Below, in pieces: positions 1 to 12,454 of a DNA stretch of 64,000 bases (position 1 is the stretch's first letter; the number at the start of each line of letters is the position of its first letter). The stretch covers positions 28,274,001 to 28,338,000 of the forward strand of contig NC_058369.1 in assembly GCF_018350175.1 (NCBI RefSeq). The letters run 5' to 3'. The position numbers and the translations under genes are program-made. The notes under the pieces were generated by a model that was not told where the DNA came from, did not search any database, and was given only the letters and a program-made list of their open reading frames with translations. This DNA is from Felis catus (Eukaryota).

Positions 1-150
1 GAGCCCCGCGTCAGGCTCTGGGCTGATGGCTCAGAGCCTGGAGCCTGTTTCCGATTCTGTGTCTCCCTCTCTCTCTGCCCCTCCCCCGTTCATGCTCTGT
101 CTCTCTCTGTCCCAAAAATAAATAAACGTTGAAAAAAAAATTTTTTTAAA
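1..150 (+). mobile_element. CAN-SINE (young SINEC_Fc type), 5' end cut by window edge
   Basis: GAGCCCCGCGTCAGGCTCTGGGCTGATGGCTCAGAGCCTGGAGCC body, CT-rich region, AATAAA and A tail; near-identical to the copies at 10701 and 43087. Confidence 0.95.
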
Positions 151-1945
151 TGTAGAAGGCAAGGTACAGAACATTTCATAGGGCAAAAAGATAAGGAGAT
201 GGAAAATATGAGAGAAGAGTCAGGAAGCATGGAAGAGGGGTCCCAGAGAGAGCTCTTGATTACTAAACACCAAGGGTACAGTGTCAGGGGAGGCTCTGGC
301 AGAAAACACAAGCAAAAGGGAATAAATGAACCCTGATCATTCTTTAGGAGTCCATAAAATGTAATGATAAAACAGTTGCTTTACCCCCTGAGTCCTTGGA
401 GCATAAAGAAATCTGGGACAATCTGTTCCCTTACCACATCAGAAAAGCAGCTTTTTGTTTCAAAGGTCTGTGGTGAGACACCATTCCATGACGTTAATCA
501 ATTTATTTCAATTGAGAGTGAAACCCAAATGAAAGGTCCCCATTTCCGAAAAGGCCATGAAAATGTGAAGATGTTATTATTTCCAAGCTGAGAGGAGAGG
601 CGAGATTCTCTGCCTGGCACATTTCAGAAAGGTTCAATCAACCAGGGCAAGGGAATAGATTTAAAATAGAAAAGTAATGGGAAAAGGGCTTTCCACATAA
701 CGGAGACGGTGACTGATGGAAAACCATCCCTCCAGAGCCAGCTCTATTAATACCCATTTCTTCCAGGCAGTTTGGAAAGTTTGAAAACCTATGTAGCTCT
801 CATTTCCTAAAGCTTCTGAGCCTAATTACATATTTGTATCCGTACATATATATATATAAATCATTCAGTGATACAGATAGCTGCATATTCAACTTGTAGA
901 TCTCCATCTTTAAATAGAGATCTAAATATGGAAAAACATCTGTATGCTGTTTTTTAAAGAAATAAGAAGGAGAATATTGGCCCCAAACCATAACCCCCAA
1001 CTCACAGATTCATTCTTTTATGCAACAGGTATTTATTGGGCATTTACCCTATCACAAGCGTAAGACCCAGCACGTCATGGTTGCAGCCTTCTCAAATGAA
1101 CACTGAGTCAGTTCAGGGAGCAAGCTCTCCTCAAGCAAATTGTGTAGCTACGTTTCAGCAGCAATTTGAAAAATCCAAGTATATTCTCCCCAAGTGTCTA
1201 GAAACTACCCTGGTTCCCCTCCCTTTAATTTATCCCCTTACAATTAGGTGCCCTATGCTCTCTTGTAGGTCAAAAATAACAGGGCAATTTAATGCCTTAT
1301 GACTGTCCATTAAATATCTAAATTATGCGTATTCAGATGAAAGCTGCAATAGTATTTTAATAAAAGCACACTAACTAAGGCAACTGGTAATAAATCTCTT
1401 AATAAAAATGTAGTCAATGGTGCATTTAATTTGATGGCAGAGTCCATTTTCAAATAATCCAAAAATTGATTTTTTAAAAAAATAAGATGCAAAGTCTATG
1501 TCTCTCATGCTGCTCTTAAAAAATGTATTTGCCCACTTAGAAGACATCAATGTTAAGAGGCTTTCTTGCACATTTGAATTGGAAATGGTTGGAAAACTTG
1601 GTTATTTACTTCAGTTAAATGAATATACATAATTGTCCAGCTACCCCAGGACATTTATGAAAACAAGATGTTCTGTCTTAACAAGGTTAGTTTTAGAGTG
1701 ACATTTGAATCATCAGATGCCTCATTAGTTGCTATGAAAACAAACTTCAATCTTCTGCTTTCTCTCTTCTGCTATTATCCAAAAAGAACACAATTGCTTC
1801 AGTAACTCCATAGCAAGTTCATAGCAAGCCCCTCCCAAGGCCAAACAGATCAGTGTTAAGTTCCTAAAGACTTGAGACTAAGTGTGTTTATATCACTCTG
1901 TATGGCCCCATCCCAGCATCACGCACTAAGGAGAGGAAGACAATG

Positions 1946-1976
<31 letters not shown>

Positions 1977-1988
1977 CAAAACAAAACA
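1946..1988 (+). repeat. (AAAAC)n microsatellite
   Basis: About 8 tandem AAAAC units. Confidence 0.95.
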
Positions 1989-3189
1989 GATATCCTCCAA
2001 AAAAAATCTGTCTCTGAACATAAAGACATTTAAGTACAAAAAAAAAAAGGGACAGAGAACTACAATCTGTTTTAGTATCTAGCTGATAAATACTTACATC
2101 ACCTGCCCTTTTGTCATTTACCCAACAGTTTAAAATGGAAAAAAAAAATCTTATTCTTATAAATCACCTGCATGATTTCATTTGCTAGAAATCAGTCAAT
2201 TTAATTTCTATCCTATGTAGAACACACTTTTTCCATGAGGACATTTTAAGACTGATGTAAAAGAAAATAAGGTGAAAAGTGAATATAAAACAAAATAATT
2301 GACTCCAAAGGGAAAATGTGTCTTAATTGATCCTTATGTTAATACTCTAAAATAAATAAAAAATTTAATAAGGGGAGACATACTCCATCACTGCTAAAGA
2401 TCGTAAAAACATGTCTATGGATATGATTATATTTATTGGTACAGACACAGTTCCAAATTTCCTTTATGACTACTGGGGAGAGCTCATTCCTAGAATGCAT
2501 TTCCTAGATGTCCTCTTTCATATGCCATGTCTTTAGACATGAAACTATTCCAGGAAAAGAAATAAAATACTCAAAAAAGGGAAGTAGTTTTATAACCTGA
2601 CCTTTAAGGTTATTTCAAGAGACACTGTCATGGGTCCTTGGTCCTGGTATCCAGGCATTTGCAATTATCCTTTTACCCATCTCTTGAGGGTGAAACAGAT
2701 TTGGATATGGAAAACTTCGAAACCATAAAAATGATGTGTACATTGACTAAGTTAATGCACTAGGGAAAGGATTGTTGTTTCCTGGAAATTTTGAAGCTAA
2801 TGGCTATAGGTTGGTTTAAGTAAAATGATATACATATACATACAGATATGCGTAGATATACATACATATGAACCTATGATACATATGTATAGATATATAA
2901 ATATATAGATTTCTGAAATTTTAGGGTCTTATATTACTTAAGCTATTATTACAGCTTGAGATAAACCAGAAATGTGAAAATTGGGACTCCCTTATTTTAT
3001 TTTGAGGAGGGGAAATTTTGGCATGTTCTCCAGAGTGAAGAAAGAAGCCCCTCCATGTCAGCCAGACTCTTCAGAGGAACATTAACATCTTGAGATTTCT
3101 AGCAAATTAACGGCCCAGGTAACAAAATGCAAGAACTCTGGCCAGTCGCTTATTCACTCAGTTGGATCTGGCCACTTCTCCATGTATTC

Positions 3190-3605
3190 CCACCACACTA
3201 AATGGAGCATGAGTCATTTGAGTAATGAGTCAGAAAATGTTTAGCAGCCTCGATGCAACAGCCAACGTGATGCTTAAGATAAATTTCAGAGGTACCAGGA
3301 TAGTGTTTTCATTTCTGCTCTAGGCAGAAGATATCTCTTGTTGGTGATGAACCAAATTCTTCCCTCTTTCCCAGGAGACAGAAGCAGGATCATATGCTAT
3401 TTCAAGGTTCATTCCAGCCCTAAGATGTAAAATTTCAAGCAAAAACAATTGTAAGAGGCAAAGGCAGTGTACCAATGCATGCCCACCACAAAATGTGTGG
3501 TGAGAAATGCCATCTAATGAATTTGTTTGTGGTCACTTTAATGACAACTTCACCCGGTAAGTATTACACATCCTTGTTAAAAAGGAAGTGCTTGAAGTGA
3601 AAAAG
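3190..3605. promoter_or_regulatory. Candidate enhancer (AP-1/RUNX/ETS/IRF motif cluster)
   Basis: TGAGTCA at 3210 and 3226, TGAGTAA at 3219; ACCACA/TGTGGT at 3192, 3485, 3496, 3528; AAAAGGAAGTG at 3580; GAAGTGAAA at 3594. Motif evidence only. Confidence 0.4.
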
Positions 3606-3624
3606 CAAAAGTTACAAAAACTGA

Positions 3625-3832
3625 TTTTTTTTTAATTTTTTAAACATTTACTTATTATTGAGAGACAGACACAGAGCGTGAGCAGGGGAGGGGGAGACAC
3701 AGAATCCAAAGCAGGCTCCAGGGTCTGAACTGTCAGCACAGAGCCAGACGTGGGGCTCGAACTCACCCACCGTGAGATCATGACCTGAGCTGAAGTCAGT
3801 CGCTTAACCAACTGAGCTACCCAGGCGCCCCC
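3625..3832 (-). mobile_element. CAN-SINE (SINEC_Fc2-like)
   Basis: Reverse complement starts GGGGCGCCTGGGTAGCTCAGTTGGTTAAGCG; T-rich tail; degenerate TSD CAAAAA(C)TGA. Confidence 0.95.
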
Positions 3833-4099
3833 CAAAAATGAATTTTGGAATCCAGTGGCATTAATTTATCATCCCCAAATTTTAAAATCACAATGCCTAG
3901 ATTATACAATATAAATTACCATTAGGCTTTGAGCTTTCATCACAGTAACACTTGGCTGATTTTAACTTCTTTCTTTCCAACCCCTGTTTTACTACTGAAT
4001 GCTATTTTATCCTTCTGATTAATATTAATTTCCTTTTTCACCATCCAGTTGCAGCACAAAGCCAGTTCTACAATAGTTGTATGTTGCTGAATGGCATCA

Positions 4100-4250
4100 G
4101 GGAGGCAGTGCAAAATAATGTACTGGTTTGAGGATAAAAGCCCTGGATTTGAGCACCGTCTGGGCGATTCACTGCTTTCCTAGCTCAAACAAGTCACTAC
4201 TTCAGTGCAGTAAGTTTCTGCTGCTCTCAGTTTCATCTCGCATGACAATT
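4100..4250 (+). mobile_element. MIR-like SINE fragment
   Basis: CCTGGATTTGAG...CAAGTCACT...CTCAGTTTCATCT resembles the MIR core. Confidence 0.5.
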
Positions 4251-4393
4251 CCTATCAGCCAGTTGAGGGCACCTGGTGTGTGGACAGGATGCTGAGGGAT
4301 GGAGTGACGTGCTTGATGGGTGATGCCTGCCAAGGGCGTACTACGGGGGAGTAGTGGCGATTTTGCCTTGGATTTGTCATTCATTGACTAGGC

Positions 4394-4562
4394 TAGTGCT
4401 GCTCAAACGTGCATGCAAATCACTGGGGATTTTTTTTTAATGCAGATTCTGATTCAGTAAGCGGTGGAGGGGGAGGGGGTGGCGGGTGGCTGAAATTATA
4501 CATTTCTAAGAAGATCTCAGGTAATGTGGGTGCTGCTGGTTCAGGGACGATACAAGAAGCAG
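4394..4562. mobile_element. MER5A-like hAT-Charlie MITE
   Basis: AATGCAGATTCTGATTCAGTA...CATTTCTAA...CAGGTAATG...GCTGCTGGTTCAGGGAC matches recalled MER5A. Confidence 0.75.
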
Positions 4563-4634
4563 GGTAAGGCCCCTTGCAACTCTGACTGAATATATAATCT
4601 ACCTCTCCTCAACACATGCGCAGACTCCGTTCCT

Positions 4635-5045
4635 ATTTTATGTATGTGAAAAGGTGCTTACCATATGCCAGAAATAGTGATAAGCACATTAAATGCATGA
4701 TTTCACTTATTTTTCAACCACCTCCCCTTGCTCCGCTAAAAAAGTCAGCTCAAGGTTTCCAGGTTAAGGAAATGAAGATTTAAAGAGGGTAACTGATACG
4801 CCTAACATCACAAAGCTGATAGATAGTCTCGATGAGATCTGAACCCAGAGAAACTAACATAAGGAGCACTCTTGTTCTTCACCTCTAGTATATGTGGTCT
4901 CAATGTCATTGCAACATTGGAGTGCTTGCTTAGTGCCAACTACTAGGCTGTTTTACACATATTATCTCTCCCTCTGTTCTTCACAATCCTAGGAGATGGG
5001 TCATATCATCATTTTTATTTTAGAGATAACAAAATTAATTAACCT
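4635..5045 (-). mobile_element. MIR fragments (two adjacent)
   Basis: GCTTACCATATGCCAG...GAAATGAAGATTTAAAGAGGGTAA...ATCTGAACCCAG; second fragment from about 4920. Confidence 0.65.
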
Positions 5046-5613
5046 TCCTTCAACTGCATCAAACTCAGTGAAACTATAGGAATTCCTATTTAAGTAAAAG
5101 ATTAGATCAATAAAATATCTATAATGAACTAAACACAAGGAACAGTAGGCTAATGAGAAGAAAATTTAGCAGCATGTATACTCACCAGGCTAAAAAATGC
5201 ATAAGGCTTTCAGTGACTATATAGGAAATAGGCTCTTACAAATTCATACCATGTAAAAGCATTTTTGATAGGTGCTTCTGTAGAGGTTAGCTTCTGTAGA
5301 GGTTAGCTATGAGGTCATCAAAGTCCAAATGATCAATGGTCCCAAACAAAACCCATCAGTGGGATTTATAGTTGGAGAAGTAGCAAAGATTCATTTCTTA
5401 TCACCCTCTATTGCTAGCTAAAAGACCCTTCTTTATTAACAAGCTAATGAAATAAGATTGTATCAGTAAATTTCCCTGGAGATGAGACTCCAATACACGC
5501 AGTAGACAGTGGATGCTGTTCTTATGCTTGCTTTAGAAGAGCAAATACCATAGGAACATGAGAACAGGATTTTTGCTTTATTTTAAGAACAAATTGGAAA
5601 CCTAAAGATTTAA

Positions 5614-5775
5614 AGTGTGATTCTCAACCTTGGCTGTAGGCTGCATTTTGTAATCGAGTGTGTGGAGGGGACATTAAAAAAAATGCTGATGTCTAGATCC
5701 CATCCTCAGAAACTCTGATCTAATTGGACTGAGATGCAAACTAGGGATCAGGATATTTTATAGCCTCTTAGTTTT
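5614..5775. mobile_element. MER5B-like hAT-Charlie MITE
   Basis: GATTCTCAACCTTGGCTG...AAAAATGCTGATGTCTAGATCCCATCCTCAGAAACTCTGATCTAATTGG. Confidence 0.7.
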
Positions 5776-6364
5776 CTACTGTATAACCTAGATTGAAAAT
5801 GACTTGATCAAGGCAATGCCTGTACTGTGGCAGGGGCAGGAGAGAGGTGGTGAGTGCAAATAGCTGTCAAAGAAATGAATGTCTAATTGGTGAATGTCAT
5901 CATCAGAGCAGACTGTGCAGGTATTGAGATAGTAGAGGAGTCTTTCTTTCCTGAAGGTATGTTTAGATTTCATAAGCAGATACACTGTAATAGAGAATTT
6001 TCTAAAACATCTGCTAGTCTTTGAGACCAAAATTATTTTCTCCCCTTACCAGAACAGTTTCCATTAGAGGGCAGTCTCTTCTTGGGAAGAAATGAATGGG
6101 GACATTTAACCTTCTCGCCAGACCAAAATGTAAAATGTTGGCTGAGACTGTTAATAACTTGCATGAGTTTCTTTCAAGACAATTTCCAGGAGATGAAGTA
6201 TGTGGGGTGAAAAAAGTTTATATTATATGCCAAGCTACTGCCAAATTAAATATTTATTTCTGTCTGCAAAAGCTAAAAGGAAAAAAAAAAATTCTTACCC
6301 CAAAAGATAAATATGTGCAGGCATGGAGTGCCCTGAGGTGTACAAACATAATAATAACAATAAA

Positions 6365-6585
6365 CAAATAAAAGTAACATTTATTATATGCTCCCTATGT
6401 GTCAAACTCCTGTGCTGTGGAATTTAAATATTTTACTTGATTCTCAGAACAATTCTATATTTTATACATGAGAAAACTGAAGATGTGAGCTGCTAAATTT
6501 GTCCAAGACCATACATCAAATAAGTGGCCGAGTCAAGGTCTGAACCCCATTTGTCTGACTCCAAAGCCGGTCTTGTGACCACCAT
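6365..6585 (-). mobile_element. MIR SINE
   Basis: ATGAGAAAACTGAAG...AATTTGTCCAAGACCATAC...TGAACCCCATTTGTCTGACTCCAAAGCC. Confidence 0.8.
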
Positions 6586-6932
6586 TGATACTTCTTTACT
6601 AACTGAGTCAGAAGCAACAGGGTCCTTGTGCATCAGGAGACCATGCAACTTAGAACACATCAGCATGAGAAAGCATGAACCTCTTCGTGTCAAGTTATAA
6701 AAGAAACTGCAAAAAAAGGTAATTAGGGCAAAGTGAGAAATTCTTCGTTTTCCTTACTGGTTTTCATATTTTAAGGATTTTCACAAGCTGTTTATGGTTC
6801 CCTTCAGTTTCTTATGCAACTCCTTTCAATCCCATTAAGAATGATGTTGGCATTCCTAGTGGAATCTCTTCCGTCACTGTACAGAACCTGGAAGTAACTG
6901 GTCACACTTCCTCAGAGATTTCTTTCCTAGAT

Positions 6933-7279
6933 CAGGGGCTGGCAAATGTTTTCTGTAAAGGGCTAGACAGTAAATATTTCAGGCTCTGCAGGGCCCCTCA
7001 TCTCTACTGCAACCACTCTGCTCTGCTGGTGTGGAATGAAAGCAGCCAGAGATGATACGATGATATCAATGATAGATGATATGAACGAAAGGGCACGGCT
7101 GTGTTCCAGCAGAACTTTATTTATGGTCACCGAAACTGTCATTTTCATGTGTCACGGAGTCTTCTTAGTTTGATATTTTTCAACCATTCAAAAATGTAAG
7201 AACCATCCTTAGCCTACAAGTCACACAAAAACAGGCAGTGGGCTGGATTCGGCTGATGAGGGGTCATTGTCAACCCCTC
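6933..7279. mobile_element. MER58B-like hAT-Charlie MITE, full length
   Basis: TIRs CAGGGGCTGGCAA / TTGTCAACCCCTC; 8-bp TSD TCCTAGAT (6925-6932) / TCCTGGAT (7280-7287); 347 bp. Confidence 0.85.
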
Positions 7280-7720
7280 TCCTGGATGACAAGGTGTCCT
7301 GTGTTAAAGGCGCTTGCCGTAATGCGACGTCTGAAATGCAGTGTTTGTCATGTTCGAAAATGGCAATGGCCCCATGCTCAGAGAGCAAAAGCATCCCCAG
7401 GTACTCGCGTGTCATAATCACTTGCCTTCCCTAAAACCACTCTGAATACTCTCTGCATGTTCTCTCTGTACCAAACGTACCCCAGCTGAATCACCAGCTC
7501 TCTAGGAACCAACCACAACAAATAACATCAATATCAACTTTTTAAAAGTTCATCACACACTATTACAATGTATTCTTGAGACAGAGTCATAGACTCTGGG
7601 CTCTAAAAGGGATTTGAAACATCAGAGACCAGTTGTTTTCAAAAGGCATTCTCCAGAGCTTCCGGTGCCTTGACGACTATCTGTGGAAACAACCCCGCAA
7701 AATGACCCTGGGTAAGGAGT

Positions 7721-8135
7721 CTAGCATTTGCCACAACATGGGTGGACATAGAGGGTATGATACTAAGTGAAATAAGTCAAACAGGGGAAGACAAATACCA
7801 TAGGATTCCACTTATATGTAGAATCTAAAGAATAAAATAAGAAGCAAACAAATGAAAAACAGAAAGACCCACGCAAACAGAACAAACTGGCGGCTGCTAG
7901 AAGGGAGGGGGTGGGTGGATGGACAAAATGGGTGAAGGGGAGAGGGAGATACAAGCTTCCAGTTATGGAATGAACAAGCCACGGGAATAAAAGGTATAAC
8001 AAAAGGGAATATAGTCAGTGGTAGTATAACAGCACTGCGTGGTGACAGATGGTGGCTGCCCTTGTGGCAAGCAGAGCTTAATGTATAGAGTTGTCCAATC
8101 ACTAGGTCGTACTCCTGAAATTCATGCAACTATTC
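7721..8135 (+). mobile_element. LINE-1 3' end (carnivore L1_Carn-like), 5' truncated
   Basis: CATTTGCCACAACATGGGTGGAC...CTAAGTGAAATAAGTCA...ACAAATACCATAGGATTCCACTTATATG, then a carnivore-type 3' UTR. Confidence 0.85.
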
Positions 8136-8139
8136 TTTG

Positions 8140-8200
8140 ACAGGAAGGAACAAAGGAAGGAAGAAAGGAAGGAAGGAAAGGAGAGAGGAAGGAAGGAGGA
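8140..8200 (+). repeat. (GGAA)n-like purine tract
   Basis: Imperfect GGAA repeats at the L1 tail position. Confidence 0.85.
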
Positions 8201-8208
8201 AATTCTAG

Positions 8209-8433
8209 CAGAAGTATGCTAGATTCAGCTCCCACCAACTCATGAGGACTCCTTGTTAAATTGTCAGGATTTTGTGAGCCAGCTGATGTCAGATTGATAA
8301 CCTGAAACTGGTCAGGGTGGGAGGTTTTACATCACAGAAATCTCCAAATCTGCCAATGCTGCATATCAAGATTGTGTTTTTTTTTTCTTTTCCTCTGAGA
8401 CCCAGTTGTTAAACATTTAGTAACACACCACTG
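8209..8433. mobile_element. MER63A-like hAT-Blackjack MITE
   Basis: Ends CAGTTGTTAAACATTTAGTAACACACCACTG; starts CAGAAGTATGCTAG, a degenerate CAGTGGTGTGCTGG TIR. Confidence 0.7.
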
Positions 8434-8485
8434 CCCATTTACCCCCTTCCAACAAAGAGGCTCCTCTTAGATCTGTTTTATACAT

Positions 8486-8486
8486 C

Positions 8487-8555
<69 letters not shown>
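8486..8555 (+). repeat. (TC)n microsatellite
   Basis: More than 20 perfect TC units preceded by TCTG variants. Confidence 0.95.
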
Positions 8556-8559
<4 letters not shown>

Positions 8560-9924
8560 ATGAACAGTGAGTCCAGAGGAAAGTAGGGATTACCCCAAAC
8601 CATAAACAGTGGATGTAGAATCTATCACTGTTTTGTTACCATCCTTAAATCACGGTTCCCTTTGTAATCCCTAATGCACTCTCATTTTATAGTAAGTATT
8701 GTCAACTGGAAACTAAAGAATTCAAACATTCTACCTAGGACCAAAACTGTATTAGAACCTATCACCCCTCTAATTATATGTGTTCTTCTAATACAGAAAA
8801 GAGAGAAAGAAACGACACGGGACCACTCTCCTTTGTACAACTGCAATTCCAAAAGCACCATTTCCACTCCCGCATAAATGCTAGCTAATTACCCACAGAG
8901 CTCCAGCCCATCCCCTTGTTTCCTTGCTTTTGGTATTGCACAAAGAAGATCCTTACAGTGTGGTATCTAGCAATGCCCTAATGTTCCTGTATATGTTCGT
9001 TTTTAGGCGGGAGGTTCTCTGATTATTCCTGGTTCCTAGTCTCACTCCACTAAACTACATGAGCCTATAAACCTAATGTAAACAAATCATTGTGAATTTA
9101 CTTTTTCTACATTTGCTGCCTTCATCTTAGTTTTGCATCACTTCAGGCATCAACAAAGCCATTTTAGTACAGCCCTTTCCCTTTAACTGTGCAAGATTAG
9201 AAAATAAAAAAGAACATTTACAACTGCTAGTTGAGCTGGAATATCTAAAAGGGGATTATATCCCTATTTGTCAGTAAATATGAAAACAGTTCATATAAGA
9301 GTAAACTGAAGCTGAGCGGTCTCTACCTAATACTGAAACACATTTCTCTCTAAGGTTTAGAAAAGAATACCCAGGACTCAAATGTTCCTGAGACTTTGCA
9401 ACAACATATTCATGCATAATCAGAAATGTTCACACTTTAATAAATCTACCTCTCCAATCTTCAGAAAGCAATTTTTGGAGCCAGACACAGATGTATTTTG
9501 TTAGACTTTCAATTGGAACTCTTTACATTATATGGCCATGGTGGAATAACCTGGGGTTATTCATATACAATTTTAATTATTTATTTATGAACTCACATGG
9601 TGTTATTTTTCATTCAGATCCACAGCTAGTCACACGTTCTGCAGCAAAATATTTAAATGAAATTCTGAGACTCACAAAGTCTTGCAGTGAAGGCAAGAAA
9701 GATCTATCAATAGTCTGTGAGTCAACAGCACGCACCCACAAATTAAACCAGGCTTGATACTCAAATGCACATCTCAACATAAAGTTAATACTTCAATACA
9801 TAAATTCTAACTCCAGTTGCTTTTCAAGACAAACCTTCCAGAAACCTATTTTTTCTTCTTCTTCAATCAGTTCACAAGTAATAGAGCAGAATCAATTACC
9901 TAGAGCCCTTTCATAGTCTATAAA

Positions 9925-10218
9925 AACATTTCCCATTCTGAGTTCTGTGGAACACTATTATGAGAGATATTACAGGTGTTTTACTATCTTTTAAAAAGTT
10001 CCAACTTTGAGTAAGTCTGGGAAGTGCCGGATTTAACCAGTTTTCTTTCCTTGGGAGGTCTAGGAGCCTTCACATGCTAATATTCTTTGGGGTTCTCCAA
10101 GGAGGGCATTATAATGTACAGAGTTTTCCATGCATTTTAAACCAAATTTTAAACATTTCTTGCCATGGACCACCTCAAGAAACAAGTGTCCCATGAAACT
10201 CACTTTGAAAAATGTTGG
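9925..10218. mobile_element. Old hAT-Charlie MITE (MER112-like, family uncertain)
   Basis: CATTTCCCA..GTTCTGTGGAACACTA start and CACTTTGAAAAATGTTG end resemble Charlie TIRs. Confidence 0.5.
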
Positions 10219-10700
10219 TTCAAAGAACACAGCTGGGATTTAAACATGGGTAACAAAATGAGAGCAAGAGACAGAGGAGAGAGTCATCTGAGGTCCCTTT
10301 CCCAGCAGCGCACCAGCAGCAGTAAAATGACCCATCAGAGACAGAAGAATTCTTCCTCAGTCATTTCCAGATCCTATCAAGAAGTAAACACCCTAAGGGG
10401 GTCAGGATGGGAGATCAGCAATCCTGTGGGAAAAATTCTCCCCAACCTACTTGCTTGTTCCCATGACTTACCATTTACTCATGGAAAGAGTCAGATGTGT
10501 TCTAATTCATCAAACTTCAAACTTAAGAATTTAAAAAAACAGATTGAACTTCACGTGCAGCTAAGGAGAGTCAACCAGAGGCAAAGGAATGCAAACATCC
10601 TGCCTAGGATGACAAATCGAGAGAAAAGACTTCCTTCCATCTAAGCTCAATACGAGAAAAGTAATAACTTGATATTCATTGGGATAAAGAAAGGGATTTT

Positions 10701-10919
10701 TTTTTAATTTTTTTTTCAACGTTTATTTGTTTTTGGGACAGAGAGAGACAGAGCATGAACGGGGGAGGGGCAGAGAGAGAGGGAGACACAGAATCGGAAG
10801 CAGGCTCCAGGCTCTGAGCCATCAGCCCAGAGCCCGATGCGGGGCTCGAACTCACGGACCGCGAGATCGTGACCTGGCTGAAGACGGACGCTTAACCGAC
10901 TGCGCCACCCAGGCGCCCC
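10701..10919 (-). mobile_element. CAN-SINE (young SINEC_Fc type), full length
   Basis: Perfect 14-bp TSD AAGAAAGGGATTTT (10687-10700, 10920-10933); most CpGs retained. Confidence 0.97.
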
Positions 10920-10994
10920 AAGAAAGGGATTTTAAGAAATGTTTTATTTTGTCCCTTGACTTTGGAGGTAAAACGACAGGTCCTTAGAAGCCAC

Positions 10995-11420
10995 ATAGTT
11001 CAACTTTTTCATTTCATAAATGGGAAAACTGAGGCTCAAGGCATTTAATGGTTTGATCGAGGTCAAGCAAAACATTAGCTAGTGGCAGATTTGGGAGTGC
11101 CACTCACATCTCTCGACTAATGGGTCCATTGAGCTAAAGGAAGTACCTGACATGCGATTACCTCTTTGTTTCTTGCTCCTTTATTTAAGTCTTTTGCCAC
11201 CATTTACTGAGGTTCTGATAAATGCAAGCACTGCATTAAAGTGTATATAAATATTCTCTCATGTTATCATCTGACCATGGTAATGTGGTCAGTTTTATCG
11301 TTATTTCACAGCCATGACACAGAGAAATTCCATGCCTTGTCCATCATCACACAGCTTATCAGGAGTAGAAAGCCTAGGAGGAGGCAAGCCAGCTTGACTT
11401 CAAAACTCATGCACAACTCA
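10995..11420 (-). mobile_element. MIR fragments (two)
   Basis: ATAAATGGGAAAACTGAGGCTCAAG at about 11020; CATTTACTGAG...CATCACACAGCTTATCAG at about 11200-11420. Confidence 0.65.
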
Positions 11421-11884
11421 GACAACTTCACTTGACTTTCTCTTTTTTCCATTCTACCCTCCTTCTGCCACTCTTTCTCCTACCTATTTCCATTTAAAAG
11501 CAGTTGTGATTAAAATCAAAGGTCAGCTGCCCATAACTTAACTCAAATGTTCCTTCTTCCTTGATTTTGGAGACATATTACTATCTTCCATCATCCACAT
11601 AGACCAAGAAGGATTTAGGCTGGGATGAGTATGCATAAAACAACCTGGGAGTCTTTACAAGTCGGGCACTTTGCAGGTGGGGGGAGGGCAAGGGGGTCAT
11701 TCTCTTTGCTGTTATGGAAGCTAAACTTGGTCATAATTTGCTTTTGTCCACTGAAAAAGATCAACGGATACAGAATGGATGAAGTTGCTAATAACTTACT
11801 ACTGATTACTTTAAAACAGGTATCATCCATAAAGGAGGCACACAGTAAAATGACTTTGGAATTCAGAGACAGGACCTGAAAAAC

Positions 11885-12056
11885 ACATCTCCAAATTTTT
11901 CAGAGAGAAGGGGCATACAGATCATTTGCATCTGAATCCCCTGACACTGGTGCTTCCTGACCCCATCCCAGCCTAAGTAAATCAGAGTCTCTGGGATGGG
12001 ATCCAGGACTCTGCATTTGAACAAGCTCTCCTGGTGATTATAATTTACACCAAAGT
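11885..12056. mobile_element. MER5A1-like hAT MITE
   Basis: AATCAGAGTCTCTGGGATGGGATCCAGGACTCTGCATTTGAACAAGCTCTCCTGGTGATT. Confidence 0.7.
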
Positions 12057-12231
12057 CAACCTAACCTAAGAAGTGACATCTAAGTGCGTGGCTTATGGGA
12101 CTCATATGTTTCCCAAATTTTCTTCAAGAAACCAGAGTCCAGCTGCAGGAAGAATTGCTCATAAATATAATGATGACATCACATGCTGGAGACAATGTGT
12201 GTGTGAGTCCAGTAAAGAGTGATGAAAACAT

Positions 12232-12396
12232 GGGGCGCCTGGGTGGCTCAGTGGGTTAAGTGTCGAACTTTGGCTCAGTTCATGATCTAACAGCTGGTGA
12301 GTTCGAGCCCCGTGTGGACTCTGTGCTGACAGCTCAGAGCCTGGAGCGTGTTTCGAATTCTGTGTCTCCCTCTCTCTCTGCTCCTCCTCCACTCAT

Positions 12397-12454
<58 letters not shown>

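Noticed and set aside
8656..8680. TTCCCTTTGTAATCCCTAATGCA resembles mature miR-204/211
   Set aside because: Only the first 10 nt match exactly, the rest needs indels, and I see no complementary arm for a hairpin
10165..10644. 159-aa ORF
   Set aside because: Starts inside a hAT MITE remnant; no recognisable domain or exon structure
10727..10987. SINE-derived ORFs (also 3632, 12159-12576, 24146, 27448, 33935, 38715, 44337, 51798 and others)
   Set aside because: Chance translations of CAN-SINE bodies and (CT)n/(GA)n tracts
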